Shown: positions 30,949 through 40,993 of the stretch, in pieces
Numbering within the stretch: the stretch's first letter is position 1
Layout of the letters: each line of letters starts with the position of its first letter
Notes under the pieces: generated by a model
What the model was told of the DNA's origin: nothing
Seen by the model: only the letters and a program-made list of their open reading frames with translations
Databases searched by the model: none
NCBI GenBank assembly: GCA_048538235.1
Contig: JBLYPX010000001.1
Location: 200,013 to 264,012, forward strand
DNA length: 64,000 bases
Origin: Candidatus Komeilibacteria bacterium
GTDB lineage: Bacteria; Patescibacteriota; Patescibacteriia; UBA1558
Direction: 5' to 3'
Position numbers and translations under genes: made by a program

Positions 30949-32367
30949 ATGCAAAGAATAAAAACAATTGAAACAGTTGAACAGGAGGGGAAAGAAGTAT
31001 TAATTAAAGGTTGGGTAAATGCCAGGCGTAATATGGGCAAAATTGCCTTTTTAGATGTACGTGATCGTTGGGGTATTGTACAAGTAGTTGGTGTACCAGC
31101 AGAATTAGATGATAATTCTCAAGAAGAATTAAAGAGGATAAGACCAGAGTACGTTGTAAGTATTAAAGGTATTGTAAATAAAAGAGGGGAGAAACAGATT
31201 AATAAAGATGTGCCAACTGGCAGTATTGAATTACTTGCTAAAGAAATAGTAGTTTTAAATGAATCTGAAACACCACCATTTGAAATAGATAATGAAGAAA
31301 GACAAGCTGGTGAAGAATTAAGACTTAAGCATAGGTACTTAGATCTTCGACATGAACGTATGAAGAATAACATGGTAATTAGAGATAAGGTGATGTCTTT
31401 TGTTAGAAATTGGCTTCATGCAAATGATTTTATTGAAATACAAACTCCTATTCTTACTAAATCTACACCAGAAGGCGCTAGAGATTATTTAGTACCATCA
31501 CGTGTACATAATGGTAAGTTTTTTGCTCTACCACAATCTCCTCAGCAGTATAAGCAATTACTAATGGTAGCTGGTATGGATAGATATTTCCAAATAGCTC
31601 CATGTTTTAGAGATGAAGATGCTAGAGCAGACCGATCACCAGGAGAGTTTTACCAAATAGATATGGAGATGAGTTTTATGACTCAGGATGAGATATTAGA
31701 TTTAGTTGAGGAAATGTTTAAGGAATTAATTAAAACACATTTTCCTGAAAAGAAATTAACCTTTGACAAGTTTCCTCGTTTAAACTATGACGATGTAATG
31801 AAAGAGTACGGCTCAGATAAACCAGATTTAAGAAAAGATAAGAATGATCCTAATGAATTAGCTTTTGCTTTTGTTATTAATTTCCCTTTATTTACAGAAC
31901 AGTCTGAAGAAGATCATTTTCATGGAGCGGGAGATAAGTGGGCTCCTTCACATCATATGTTTACAGCCCCAAAACCGGAAGATATAGATATGCTAGATAA
32001 AGATCCAGGTAAGGTTAAATCTTTGCAGCATGATCTAGTATTAAATGGTTGGGAAGTTGGTGGTGGTAGTGTTAGAATTCATGATCCTAAGATTCAGGAA
32101 CAGATTTGGGACTTAATTGGTTTTAATGAAAAACAGAAAAAGCAATTTGCTCATCTAATTGAAGCTTTTAAATATGGTGTTCCACCACACGGTGGTATAG
32201 CACCAGGTTTTGATAGATTAGTATCTATTCTAGCTGGAGAAAAAAGTATTAAGGAAGTAATAGCTTTCCCATTAACTGGAGATGTTAGAGATCCTTTAAT
32301 GGACAGTCCATCAGATGTAGATAAGAAGCAGTTAGATGAATTAGGGATTAGTATTAAGAAGAGTTAA
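30949..32367 (+). CDS. aspS: Aspartate--tRNA ligase, a short bacterial-type enzyme lacking most of the GAD insertion
   Basis: FRDEDARADRSPGEFYQIDMEMSF, QSPQQYKQLLM and GGGSVRIHD. Confidence 0.9.
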   Translation: MQRIKTIETVEQEGKEVLIKGWVNARRNMGKIAFLDVRDRWGIVQVVGVPAELDDNSQEELKRIRPEYVVSIKGIVNKRGEKQINKDVPTGSIELLAKEIVVLNESETPPFEIDNEERQAGEELRLKHRYLDLRHERMKNNMVIRDKVMSFVRNWLHANDFIEIQTPILTKSTPEGARDYLVPSRVHNGKFFALPQSPQQYKQLLMVAGMDRYFQIAPCFRDEDARADRSPGEFYQIDMEMSFMTQDEILDLVEEMFKELIKTHFPEKKLTFDKFPRLNYDDVMKEYGSDKPDLRKDKNDPNELAFAFVINFPLFTEQSEEDHFHGAGDKWAPSHHMFTAPKPEDIDMLDKDPGKVKSLQHDLVLNGWEVGGGSVRIHDPKIQEQIWDLIGFNEKQKKQFAHLIEAFKYGVPPHGGIAPGFDRLVSILAGEKSIKEVIAFPLTGDVRDPLMDSPSDVDKKQLDELGISIKKS

Positions 32368-32377
32368 GAATAAAATT

Positions 32378-32695
32378 ATGCGTCTTTCCGATTTGCAAAA
32401 ATATATTCTGAAAGAAATTTGGGATGCAAGGAAAGTAAAAGTTGGTAGAACAAGATTTGCAAAATTTTATGATTCTCAAAAAAAGGCACCAGCTAAAAAA
32501 TTACAGACAAAGATTATTACTCAGAGTATAGAGAGATTAATAGATAAGGGGTTATTAGTTGGTTATGGTGAAAGAACAAGATTTAAGTGGTTTATTAAAG
32601 AGGTTAAATTTACTACAGCTGGTAAGAAATTAGCCACTAAATTACAAGGTGAGCAAGTAGAGCTACCATTTAAAAAAAGACGACTTAAAAAATAA
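32378..32695 (+). CDS. Hypothetical small basic protein
   Basis: ORF only; K/R-rich. Confidence 0.4.
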   Translation: MRLSDLQKYILKEIWDARKVKVGRTRFAKFYDSQKKAPAKKLQTKIITQSIERLIDKGLLVGYGERTRFKWFIKEVKFTTAGKKLATKLQGEQVELPFKKRRLKK

Positions 32696-32704
32696 TATAC
32701 ACAT

Positions 32705-33256
32705 ATGGCTATTCCAAAGAAATTGATAAAAAAGCTAGACGACATGTCAGCAAAGTATGAGGTAATTGCACACCGTAAGGTATACACTGCATATGATGCA
32801 GCTCAAACCACTAAAAAGAAATTAGAACAGATTGTTAAAACATTAATGGTAAAGGCTGGTGGTACATACTATTTAATACATGTGCCAGCTAATAAAAATA
32901 TTAATTTAGAAAAGCTAGCTAAAGTTCTAGATGTTAAGAAAGTAACAATTCCTAGTGAAAAGCAAATAGCTAAAGCTTTAAATATTAAACCAGGGTCATT
33001 AACAGCCTTTGGTTTTATGCATAAAGTAGAAACAGTAATAGATAAAAGCTTACTTAAGGTTAAGAAAGCTGTTTTTTCATCTGGTTCATTAACTGAAAGT
33101 ATTGAAATGCCAGTAAAAGAATTTGCTAAATTAACAGACGATTACATAGATGGTGTATTTACCATAGCTAAGAAGATAAAAAAACAAAAAATAGTAAAAC
33201 CAAAAAAGAAAAACGTTAAGAAAAAGCCTAAAGCAAAGCCAAAGAAACGTAAATAA
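32705..33256 (+). CDS. YbaK/ProX-type aminoacyl-tRNA deacylase-like protein with a lysine-rich C-terminal tail
   Basis: The central pattern GGTYYLIHVPANKNINL...GSLTAFG fits a YbaK domain. The tail is KKIKKQKIVKPKKKNVKKKPKAKPKKRK. Confidence 0.5.
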   Translation: MAIPKKLIKKLDDMSAKYEVIAHRKVYTAYDAAQTTKKKLEQIVKTLMVKAGGTYYLIHVPANKNINLEKLAKVLDVKKVTIPSEKQIAKALNIKPGSLTAFGFMHKVETVIDKSLLKVKKAVFSSGSLTESIEMPVKEFAKLTDDYIDGVFTIAKKIKKQKIVKPKKKNVKKKPKAKPKKRK

Positions 33257-33963
33257 TGTACGAGATAAAACTTGAGAAATTTGAAGGTCCTTTAGATCTA
33301 TTATTGCAACTTATTGAAGGACAGAAATTACCCATTACTGAAGTATCATTAACACAGGTTACAGATCAGTATGTGGAGTATATTCACACAGCTACTGCTA
33401 TTAACCCAGAGGAGATAGCAGATTTTTTAATGGTAGCTGCTAAATTACTATATGCTAAGTCAAAAGAAATATTACCATCGGCTATTTGGGAAGAGGAAGA
33501 AGATGGCATAGATTTAGCCGAACAATTAAAGATATATAAAGAGTATCATGACGCTAGTAAGTTAATAGATAAGATGGCTAGGAAAGAGATTTTTACATAT
33601 TCAAGAATTGCACCTATTACTAAAAAAGCAGAAGAAGGTTTTTATCCTCCGCATAAACTTACTAAGTCTTTAATGAAAGAATTATTTAGTACAGCTATAA
33701 AGAAATTAGAACCGGTTATATATATCCCAAAAACAATTATTGAGAAGACTATTACTATTACAGAAAAGATTAAAGAAATAAAGCTTGCGATTAAAGAAGC
33801 AGTATCAATGGATTTTAAAAAATTATTAAGTAAGGGTGGTAAAACAGATACTATTATGAGTTTTTTAGCTATGCTTGAGCTGATTAAACAAAGAGATATT
33901 GAAGTAGATCAAAATAGCTTATTCGATACCATAACTATTAAGAAAACAGAGAGTTTAAACTAA
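33256..33963 (+). CDS. scpA: Segregation and condensation protein A
   Basis: The FEGPLDLLLQLIEGQKL N-terminus is diagnostic. Confidence 0.85.
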   Translation: MYEIKLEKFEGPLDLLLQLIEGQKLPITEVSLTQVTDQYVEYIHTATAINPEEIADFLMVAAKLLYAKSKEILPSAIWEEEEDGIDLAEQLKIYKEYHDASKLIDKMARKEIFTYSRIAPITKKAEEGFYPPHKLTKSLMKELFSTAIKKLEPVIYIPKTIIEKTITITEKIKEIKLAIKEAVSMDFKKLLSKGGKTDTIMSFLAMLELIKQRDIEVDQNSLFDTITIKKTESLN

Positions 33964-34661
33964 TGAAAAATATTAAATTACAAATTGAGAGTCTATTATT
34001 CGTAACAACTAAACCTTTAAAGATAACAAAGATTAAGGATTTAATAGAGGGTGTTACATTGGATGAGGTTAAAAAAGCAGTTGAAGAATTAAAAGAGAAA
34101 TTTAATACAGATGAGTCTGGTTTAAGAATAATTGAGAATAATGGTGTTATTCAGTTTACAACTGCGCCTGAAGCAGCAGACTTAATTAAAAACTTTATTA
34201 AAGACGAAACAACTGGTGAGTTAACTAGGCCATCACTTGAAACCTTAACTATAATTGCTTATCGTCAACCAATTACTAAGGCAGAGTTAGAACAGATTAG
34301 AGGAGTTAATTGTAGTATGATTCTTCGTAATTTAATGATACGTGGACTTGTTATGAAGAAAGACGATAAACAAATGTTGGCTAGTTACTATTTTGTAACT
34401 GTAGAATTTTTGAAATTCTTAGGTTTAACAGATGTATCTGAATTACCAGATTATGAGAAGCTTAATAATAATGAGCATTTGAATAAATTATTTAATCCAG
34501 ATAATGAAGATGATGAAGGTATGAGTAATTTTGTTTCAGACAAAGATATGAATGAAGAAGAAAATAGTGAAGACAAGGACGATAGTGAAGAGAAAGAAAA
34601 TCCATCCGAAGACGAATCTTCAGATGAACCAGTTCGTTTAACAGTTAATGTATATTCATAA
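33963..34661 (+). CDS. scpB: Segregation and condensation protein B, with an acidic C-terminal tail
   Basis: IESLLFVTTKPL and PSLETLTIIAYRQPITKAELEQIRGV (winged helix). Confidence 0.85.
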   Translation: MKNIKLQIESLLFVTTKPLKITKIKDLIEGVTLDEVKKAVEELKEKFNTDESGLRIIENNGVIQFTTAPEAADLIKNFIKDETTGELTRPSLETLTIIAYRQPITKAELEQIRGVNCSMILRNLMIRGLVMKKDDKQMLASYYFVTVEFLKFLGLTDVSELPDYEKLNNNEHLNKLFNPDNEDDEGMSNFVSDKDMNEEENSEDKDDSEEKENPSEDESSDEPVRLTVNVYS

Positions 34662-35341
34662 TGCGATTGCAAAAATTTTTAGCTAGTGCTGGTATTGCTT
34701 CTAGACGTGGAGCAGAAGAGATTATTAAAAGAGGGCTTATTACTGTCAATGGTGAAGTTGTTACTGAAATGGGTGTTAAAATAGACCCAGATAAAGATAA
34801 AGTGACTGCTTATGGTAAAAAAGTAAGTCTGCCAAAAGAGCATGTCTATTTAATGGTTAATAAGCCAGCAGGATATATAACTACAGCTAATGATCCATAT
34901 AATAGAAAAACTGTTTATGATTTAATACCAGAGAAGTACCATAATTTATTTCCAGTTGGTAGATTAGACAAAGATTCAGAAGGATTATTACTTTTTACAG
35001 ATGATGGAGAATTAGCTCAACAATTAACCCATCCAAAATTCGAACACAGTAAAGAATATTTTGTTAGGTTAGATAAAAAAATAACTAGAGAATTATTCAC
35101 TAAATTAAAATATGGCATTAAACTTGATGAAGGTGTTGCTAAAGTAGATAAATTAGATAAAAAAGGTACTAAAGAGTTAAGTTTAACCCTGCACCAAGGT
35201 TGGAAAAGACAAATAAGAAGAATGATGGAAGAGGCTGGTTTTGAGGTAGAGCTTTTACAAAGGACAAAGCTGGCAAATTATAATATAGAAGATTTAAAGA
35301 ATAAGCCATATAAATTAATAGATAAACAAGAAATAATATAA
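34661..35341 (+). CDS. rluB: 23S rRNA pseudouridine synthase (RluB/RsuA family)
   Basis: An S4 domain (RLQKFLASAGIASRRGAEEII) plus the catalytic GRLDKDSEGLLL. Confidence 0.85.
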   Translation: MRLQKFLASAGIASRRGAEEIIKRGLITVNGEVVTEMGVKIDPDKDKVTAYGKKVSLPKEHVYLMVNKPAGYITTANDPYNRKTVYDLIPEKYHNLFPVGRLDKDSEGLLLFTDDGELAQQLTHPKFEHSKEYFVRLDKKITRELFTKLKYGIKLDEGVAKVDKLDKKGTKELSLTLHQGWKRQIRRMMEEAGFEVELLQRTKLANYNIEDLKNKPYKLIDKQEII

Positions 35342-36264
35342 TGGTATTTTGGGAATTTTTATTAAATCTAGTAGTTGTTGGACAGCTGTCTATTATGCCG
35401 ACAGCTTGGTTTAGTACGCTAAACTATCAATCAGATATAAATAGGATAGACTATATTTTACAGCAGGGGCAAGATAATTATCCTAAGAAAGTATTAAATG
35501 ATTCATTGGGTGTAGATATAACAGCTAGCTCAGCTATTGCATTAGATATGGATTCTGGAGCTATTTTATGGCAAAAGAATATAGATAATAAACAATCCAT
35601 TGCTAGTTTAACAAAATTAATGACTGTTCTTGTTTGGCAAGATTTTGGTCCCGGCCTAGACACTGAAATGACTATTTTAGAGTCAGATTATAGAGAGGGT
35701 GGAAGATTCTATTTATTCAAAGGAGAGAAAGTTTTAACAGGGGATTTATTAAAATCTGTTTTAATAGCATCAGATAATACAGCAGCTATTGCGTTGGCTA
35801 GATCAACTGGACTTTCTTTAGAAGAATTTATTGTCAAAATGAATGAAAAAGCAATTGAGCTTGGTATGACAAATTCTATTTTTGTTGAGCCAACCGGATT
35901 AGATATTGGTAATCAGTCTACAGTAACAGACTTGGTATTATTAGCCGAAGAAGTTTTTTCAGATAAAAATATTTTACAAATAGCTGGCACTAAAGAAACT
36001 AGCTACAAAATATTAAATAATAATAGATATAATAGAGTAGAAACAACAAATTCTTTGTTAGGAACATATTTAAATATAGTCGCAGGTAAAACTGGTTTTC
36101 TAGATGAGGCTGGTGGTTGCTTAATAACAATTACTAAAGGAGATAAGGGTCAAGAAATACTAAGCATAACTTTAGGTTCTGAAGATAGATATGTTCGCTT
36201 TCAAGAAGGTAAAGCTTTAATACAATGGGCCTTAGATAATTATATTTGGCCAGATAATAAATAA
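35341..36264 (+). CDS. D-alanyl-D-alanine carboxypeptidase (serine peptidase S11, PBP5-like)
   Basis: SIASLTKLMT (SxxK), SDN and KTGF motifs. Confidence 0.8.
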   Translation: MVFWEFLLNLVVVGQLSIMPTAWFSTLNYQSDINRIDYILQQGQDNYPKKVLNDSLGVDITASSAIALDMDSGAILWQKNIDNKQSIASLTKLMTVLVWQDFGPGLDTEMTILESDYREGGRFYLFKGEKVLTGDLLKSVLIASDNTAAIALARSTGLSLEEFIVKMNEKAIELGMTNSIFVEPTGLDIGNQSTVTDLVLLAEEVFSDKNILQIAGTKETSYKILNNNRYNRVETTNSLLGTYLNIVAGKTGFLDEAGGCLITITKGDKGQEILSITLGSEDRYVRFQEGKALIQWALDNYIWPDNK

Positions 36265-36266
36265 TT

Positions 36267-36740
36267 ATGTTAATTTTAAAACCATACATTTTAGCCTTTT
36301 GGCTTTCCATGTTACCAGTAACAGAATTAAGAGCAACTGTCCCTTGGATTATATTCACTTACAATGATCAGTGGCTTTCATTAGTTATTACAGCTATTAT
36401 TGGAAATATTATTCCAGCTATTTTACTCTTATGGGGTTTGTCTTATGTAGATAAACTTTTAATAGACAGAATGAATATTTTAGCAAAGGTATATAATAAA
36501 GTTATCCAAAGAACAAGAAGGAAGACTCTAACTAAAATGAATAAATATGGTTATTTAGCTTTGTTACTTTTTGTAGCTATTCCATTTCCTGGCACAGGTG
36601 TTTGGACCGGCTCTATTGGTGCTTGGCTATTTGGTTTACCAAAAAAACAATCTTTAATTGTAATATCTTTAGGAGCAGTTCTTGCTGGTATTATTATGAC
36701 ACTTGTTTCTAAAGGAATATTTTTAAACTTAAATATATGA
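36267..36740 (+). CDS. Small polytopic membrane protein (COG2426 / putative small multidrug-export-like)
   Basis: The ELRATVPW motif and 4 TM helices. Confidence 0.3.
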   Translation: MLILKPYILAFWLSMLPVTELRATVPWIIFTYNDQWLSLVITAIIGNIIPAILLLWGLSYVDKLLIDRMNILAKVYNKVIQRTRRKTLTKMNKYGYLALLLFVAIPFPGTGVWTGSIGAWLFGLPKKQSLIVISLGAVLAGIIMTLVSKGIFLNLNI

Positions 36741-37492
36741 GTAAAACATATATAATTGCTAATTGGAAAATGAATTTAATGCCAGAGCAGGCAATTAAAC
36801 AGGCAAAGGCAATTACTAAAATATATAGTAAAAAGAAAAAGGACTTAGAATTGGTTATTTGCCCTAGCTTTACTGAAATAGCAGCAATTGCTAAAATAGT
36901 ACAGCCTAGCATAGCAATAGGCGCTCAGGACGTATTTTGGGAGAATAAAGGGTCATATACAAGTGGTATTAGTGCAGATGCGCTAAAATACTATGGTTGT
37001 CAGTATGTAATTATTGGTCACTCAGAAAGAAGACAATATTTGCATGAAACAGATGAGATTGTAAATTTAAAAGTAAAAGCAGCGCTTAGTGCTGGTCTTA
37101 CACCAATATTATGTATAGGTGAAACATTTGCTGAAAGGCAAGAAGGTAAAAAAGAATCTGTTCTATTTGATCAATTATCTGCTGGATTAAAAGATGTTTG
37201 GTTAAACAAAGCAGATAAGTTACTTATTGCTTATGAACCTGTTTGGGTAATAGGTTCTGGACAGGCAGTAGATCCAGATGAAGCAGAAATAACTCACGCT
37301 GCTATTAAACGTTCATTGCTAGAATTTATGCCAGCGGGTATTGTTGCAGACAATATTGCAGTATTATATGGTGGTAGTGTAAATGGAATGAATGTTAAGA
37401 GCTTTTTAGAAAAACCATCAATTGATGGTGTGTTAGTTGGGGGAGCTAGTTTAGATAAAGATAAATTTGAATCAATAATAAATTATAAATAA
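36737..37492 (+). CDS. tpiA: Triosephosphate isomerase
   Basis: ANWKMN, GHSERR and the catalytic E in YEPVWVIGSG. Confidence 0.95.
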   Translation: MSKTYIIANWKMNLMPEQAIKQAKAITKIYSKKKKDLELVICPSFTEIAAIAKIVQPSIAIGAQDVFWENKGSYTSGISADALKYYGCQYVIIGHSERRQYLHETDEIVNLKVKAALSAGLTPILCIGETFAERQEGKKESVLFDQLSAGLKDVWLNKADKLLIAYEPVWVIGSGQAVDPDEAEITHAAIKRSLLEFMPAGIVADNIAVLYGGSVNGMNVKSFLEKPSIDGVLVGGASLDKDKFESIINYK

Positions 37493-37495
37493 TAT

Positions 37496-38359
37496 ATGTT
37501 AGTACATATTAAAGAAATAGTTAAAAAAGCTAGAGAGGGTAAATATGGTATTGGTGCTTTTAATGTTGCTAATTTAGAAACAACATTGGGTATAGCCAGG
37601 GCTGCTGTGAAAGCTAAAGCTCCAGTCATTATTCAGGTTTCTGAGAAAACTATTGAGTATGCTGGTTTAAAACCAATTACACACATTGTTCAGACCATTG
37701 CTAAAAATGAAGCCTCTGGCGTACCAGTAGCTCTTCATTTAGATCATGGTCATTCATTTAAATCTGTATCAGAATGTATAAATGCTGGGTTTTCATCCAT
37801 CCATATTGATGCTTCAGATTTACCATTTGATGAGAATGTAAAAATTACTAAAGAGTCTGTAGACTATGCACATAAGCATGGTGTTTGGGCTCAAGGTGAA
37901 TTAGGTAGAATATTTGGTAAAGAAGGGTTAACAGATGCGCATCTTGAGAATATGGAAGAATTTTTAACAGATCCTCAGCAGGCAGTTGAGTTTGTTAAAA
38001 AAACTGGCGTAGATACTTTAGCCATTTCTGTTGGTACATACCATGGTAGGTTTAAAGGAAAAGAAAAGATATATTTTGATAGATTGGATGAGATTCGTAA
38101 AGCAGTGGATGTGCCATTGGTTTTACACGGTGCCTCTGGTATTCCAGATGATGAATTAAGCAGGGCTATTGAACATGGCGTTAGTATTGTTAATATAGAC
38201 ACATCTTTAAGGGTTGCATTTACAGACAAATTAAAAGAGACTGTTAAAGAAGAGTCTGACTATGTTGATCCAAGAAAAATATTACAACCATCTATTGATG
38301 CTGTTTCTGAGGTTGTAGTTAGAAAGATTAATCATTTGGGTTCAAATAATAAAGCATAA
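37496..38359 (+). CDS. fba: Class II fructose-bisphosphate aldolase
   Basis: HLDHGHSF, GELG and LVLHGASG motifs. Confidence 0.9.
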   Translation: MLVHIKEIVKKAREGKYGIGAFNVANLETTLGIARAAVKAKAPVIIQVSEKTIEYAGLKPITHIVQTIAKNEASGVPVALHLDHGHSFKSVSECINAGFSSIHIDASDLPFDENVKITKESVDYAHKHGVWAQGELGRIFGKEGLTDAHLENMEEFLTDPQQAVEFVKKTGVDTLAISVGTYHGRFKGKEKIYFDRLDEIRKAVDVPLVLHGASGIPDDELSRAIEHGVSIVNIDTSLRVAFTDKLKETVKEESDYVDPRKILQPSIDAVSEVVVRKINHLGSNNKA

Positions 38360-38360
38360 T

Positions 38361-39236
38361 ATGTTTATTTTACTTCTAGTTATAATTCTAATTTGCGCCT
38401 TAATAATAGGGTATATTATTATTAGCAAATTTCCTCAATTAACTTTAGTGGAAACTGCTTCTTCTCCAGACGATAAACAAGAAGATTTAAAAAAGGCATT
38501 GCTTGAACAAAGATTAAAAAGACAGTTCTTGAGTGGTTTTAAAATTATTCTATCTGCCTTAACTCCAGTTTGGGATAAAATAGTATCTTTATTTGAAAGT
38601 ATAATAAATAGTTTTAAGAAGAAAGAAGAAGAGTATAGACATAAACTATTACATGCAGATTTTAAAGAAGAAGTAGATAAAGAACAAAAAATATCTAAAT
38701 TAATGATGGAAGCACAAGAGCTTACAGCAAATAATATAAAAGAGGCAGAGGATAGATATATAGATGTATTAAAGCTAGATCCTAAGAATAAAGAAGCGTA
38801 CATGAAGCTAGCTAAAATATACTGGGAGCAGAAAGATTATGAGCATGCTATTGAATTATATAATTATCTATTAAAAATCGTTGAGGATGGTCAAATATAT
38901 TCAAACCTTGGTGCTATTGCAGAAGAAAGAGGTAATTTAAAAGAAGCTGAAGATAATTATTTATCTGCTTTAAAGTCAGATGAAGCTGCAGATGATGTAT
39001 ATTTTAACCTAGCTAAGATATACAATGAGCAGGAAGAAATGGAGAAAGCTTTAGAAATGATACAAAAATCTTTACAAATAGAACCTAATAACCCTAAATA
39101 TCTTGACTTTTTGCTACAGATAAGTATAATAGTTCAAGACAAAAAATTAGCTAATGATACTTGGCAAGCATTAGCTACAGCAAATCCAGATAACCAAAAA
39201 TTGGAAGAGTACAAAGAACTGGTAGATGAGTTATAA
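38361..39236 (+). CDS. Membrane-anchored TPR-repeat protein
   Basis: An N-terminal TM helix plus at least four TPR-like units (AYMKLAKIYWEQKDYEHAIELY...). Confidence 0.6.
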   Translation: MFILLLVIILICALIIGYIIISKFPQLTLVETASSPDDKQEDLKKALLEQRLKRQFLSGFKIILSALTPVWDKIVSLFESIINSFKKKEEEYRHKLLHADFKEEVDKEQKISKLMMEAQELTANNIKEAEDRYIDVLKLDPKNKEAYMKLAKIYWEQKDYEHAIELYNYLLKIVEDGQIYSNLGAIAEERGNLKEAEDNYLSALKSDEAADDVYFNLAKIYNEQEEMEKALEMIQKSLQIEPNNPKYLDFLLQISIIVQDKKLANDTWQALATANPDNQKLEEYKELVDEL

Positions 39237-39240
39237 TAAT

Positions 39241-39315
<75 letters not shown>

Positions 39316-39333
39316 CAACTAGCTATATATAAT

Positions 39334-39419
39334 GGGTCGGTACCGAAGCGGTCAAACGGGACAGACTGTAAATCTGTTGGCTTTCGCCTTCGTTGGTTCG
39401 AATCCAGCCCGGCCCACCA
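39334..39419 (+). tRNA. tRNA-Tyr (anticodon GTA), class II with a long variable arm and encoded CCA
   Basis: Acceptor GGGTCGG/CCGGCCC, anticodon stem-loop ACAGA-CTGTAAA-TCTGT, T-loop TTCGAAT. Confidence 0.85.
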
Positions 39420-39422
39420 TTA

Positions 39423-39455
39423 AAAAAACATCCTTTATTCAAGGACGTTTTTTAT
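39423..39455. terminator. Bidirectional hairpin terminator (tRNAs on +, ZIP gene on -)
   Basis: CATCCTTtattcAAGGACG followed by TTTTTTATTTT. Confidence 0.6.
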
Positions 39456-39470
39456 TTTATTATCTATTAT

Positions 39471-40217
39471 TTATTCAAATAGTATTAGTAGAAACATTAA
39501 CCCAATACCAATGAATAACATTATCTGTTGTTTTATGGATTCTTTAGTATTAGTTGTTTTTTGTAATTCAGGTATAAGGTCAGAACCAGCAATGTATACA
39601 AAACCACCAGCAGCTAGTGCTAAAGCATAGGTTGTTATATCTGTTACACTATTGCCAATTATTAAAACCAGAAGAGCACCAATAAAAGCCAGAGAAGCAG
39701 ATAATAGATTTAAAAATAAAGCTTTAACTTTAGAAAAGCCAGCGTGCAACAGTAAGCCAAAATCACCAATCTCTTGAGGTATTTCATGAAGTATAACAGC
39801 AATTGTAGTTGCTATACCAACTTCAATATTAACCATATAGGCAGCGCCAATAATAATACCGTCTATCAGATTGTGTAACCCGTCAGATATTAAGTTTAAG
39901 TAACCAAATGGTTTAATATGATCTTCTTTATTATGGTGATGATGTTCGTGGTGCCAATGTAAGAATTTCTCTAAAGTAAAGAAAACGCCAATACCAATTA
40001 ATATACTTAAAGAAATATAGGTAGGATTATCTGCTTCAGCAAAAGCAGTAGGTATCATGTGTACAAAAGCTCCGCCAAATAAAGCGCCCGTTGCTAGACT
40101 TACCAAATAAGAGATGAGTTTACATAATTTCTTACCACTAGCAAACAATGTTATAATACCAACTAGCGAAATTATACTAACAATTAATACGCTAACCAAA
40201 GTATATATCCAAATCAT
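39471..40217 (-). CDS. zupT: ZIP-family metal (Zn/Fe) transporter (ZupT-like)
   Basis: A histidine-rich loop (HWHHEHHHHNKEDH) plus HNLIDGIIIG and HEIPQEIGDFG. Confidence 0.8.
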   Translation of the reverse strand: MIWIYTLVSVLIVSIISLVGIITLFASGKKLCKLISYLVSLATGALFGGAFVHMIPTAFAEADNPTYISLSILIGIGVFFTLEKFLHWHHEHHHHNKEDHIKPFGYLNLISDGLHNLIDGIIIGAAYMVNIEVGIATTIAVILHEIPQEIGDFGLLLHAGFSKVKALFLNLLSASLAFIGALLVLIIGNSVTDITTYALALAAGGFVYIAGSDLIPELQKTTNTKESIKQQIMLFIGIGLMFLLILFE

Positions 40218-40279
40218 AATTTTACGGTTTTAATTAAATAATCGTATACATCATACAAATAATTAATATATTAAGCAAT

Positions 40280-40993
40280 ATGTTCACAAATAAAATATAT
40301 TTAAAAAGTAAAGAAGAAGTAGCTGCGGGTACTTTAAAGCTTGTTTTTAATAAACCAGCTAATTTTAATTTCATAGCTGGTCAATACGTGCTTTTTGGCA
40401 TTGAACAAAACGATAAACCAATAGCTAGATCTTTAACCATAGCTTCAGCTCCATTTGAAGATCATTTAGAGTTTATTGTTCGTTTATCTGATTCTGACTT
40501 TAAACAAGCTGTAAATAAATTAAAAGTAGGAGACGAAGCATATATTGGTAATGCTATTGGCAATTTAATATTAGGAGATAATGCAGATTCAATTGTATTC
40601 TTAGCTGGAGGTATTGGTATAACACCTTTTATTAGCATACTAAGACAAGCAGAACACGATAAATCTAGAAAATCTTTCACATTATTCTATTCTAACAGAG
40701 CTGAAGATACTTCTGTAGATCTAGTAGATTTAAAGAGTATGGGCATACAAAATTACAAAACAGTATTTACTTTAACAGATGCGAATAAAAATGTGTGGCT
40801 TGGTGAAACTGGTAGAATTAACAAAGCTATGTTACTTAAATATTTACCTCAATTATCTGCCCACACTTACTATATTGTAGGAACACCTTCATTTGTTAAT
40901 GCAATGGTAGAAATACTAGAAAGCTCTCAAGTTCCTAAGAGTCAAATAAGAACAGAACAATTTAGTGGATATAAAAATGCCGGAACTTCCTGA
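40280..40993 (+). CDS. FNR-type FAD/NAD(P)-binding oxidoreductase
   Basis: RSLTIASAP (RxYS-like FAD site) and the LAGGIGITPF NAD-binding motif. Confidence 0.55.
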   Translation: MFTNKIYLKSKEEVAAGTLKLVFNKPANFNFIAGQYVLFGIEQNDKPIARSLTIASAPFEDHLEFIVRLSDSDFKQAVNKLKVGDEAYIGNAIGNLILGDNADSIVFLAGGIGITPFISILRQAEHDKSRKSFTLFYSNRAEDTSVDLVDLKSMGIQNYKTVFTLTDANKNVWLGETGRINKAMLLKYLPQLSAHTYYIVGTPSFVNAMVEILESSQVPKSQIRTEQFSGYKNAGTS

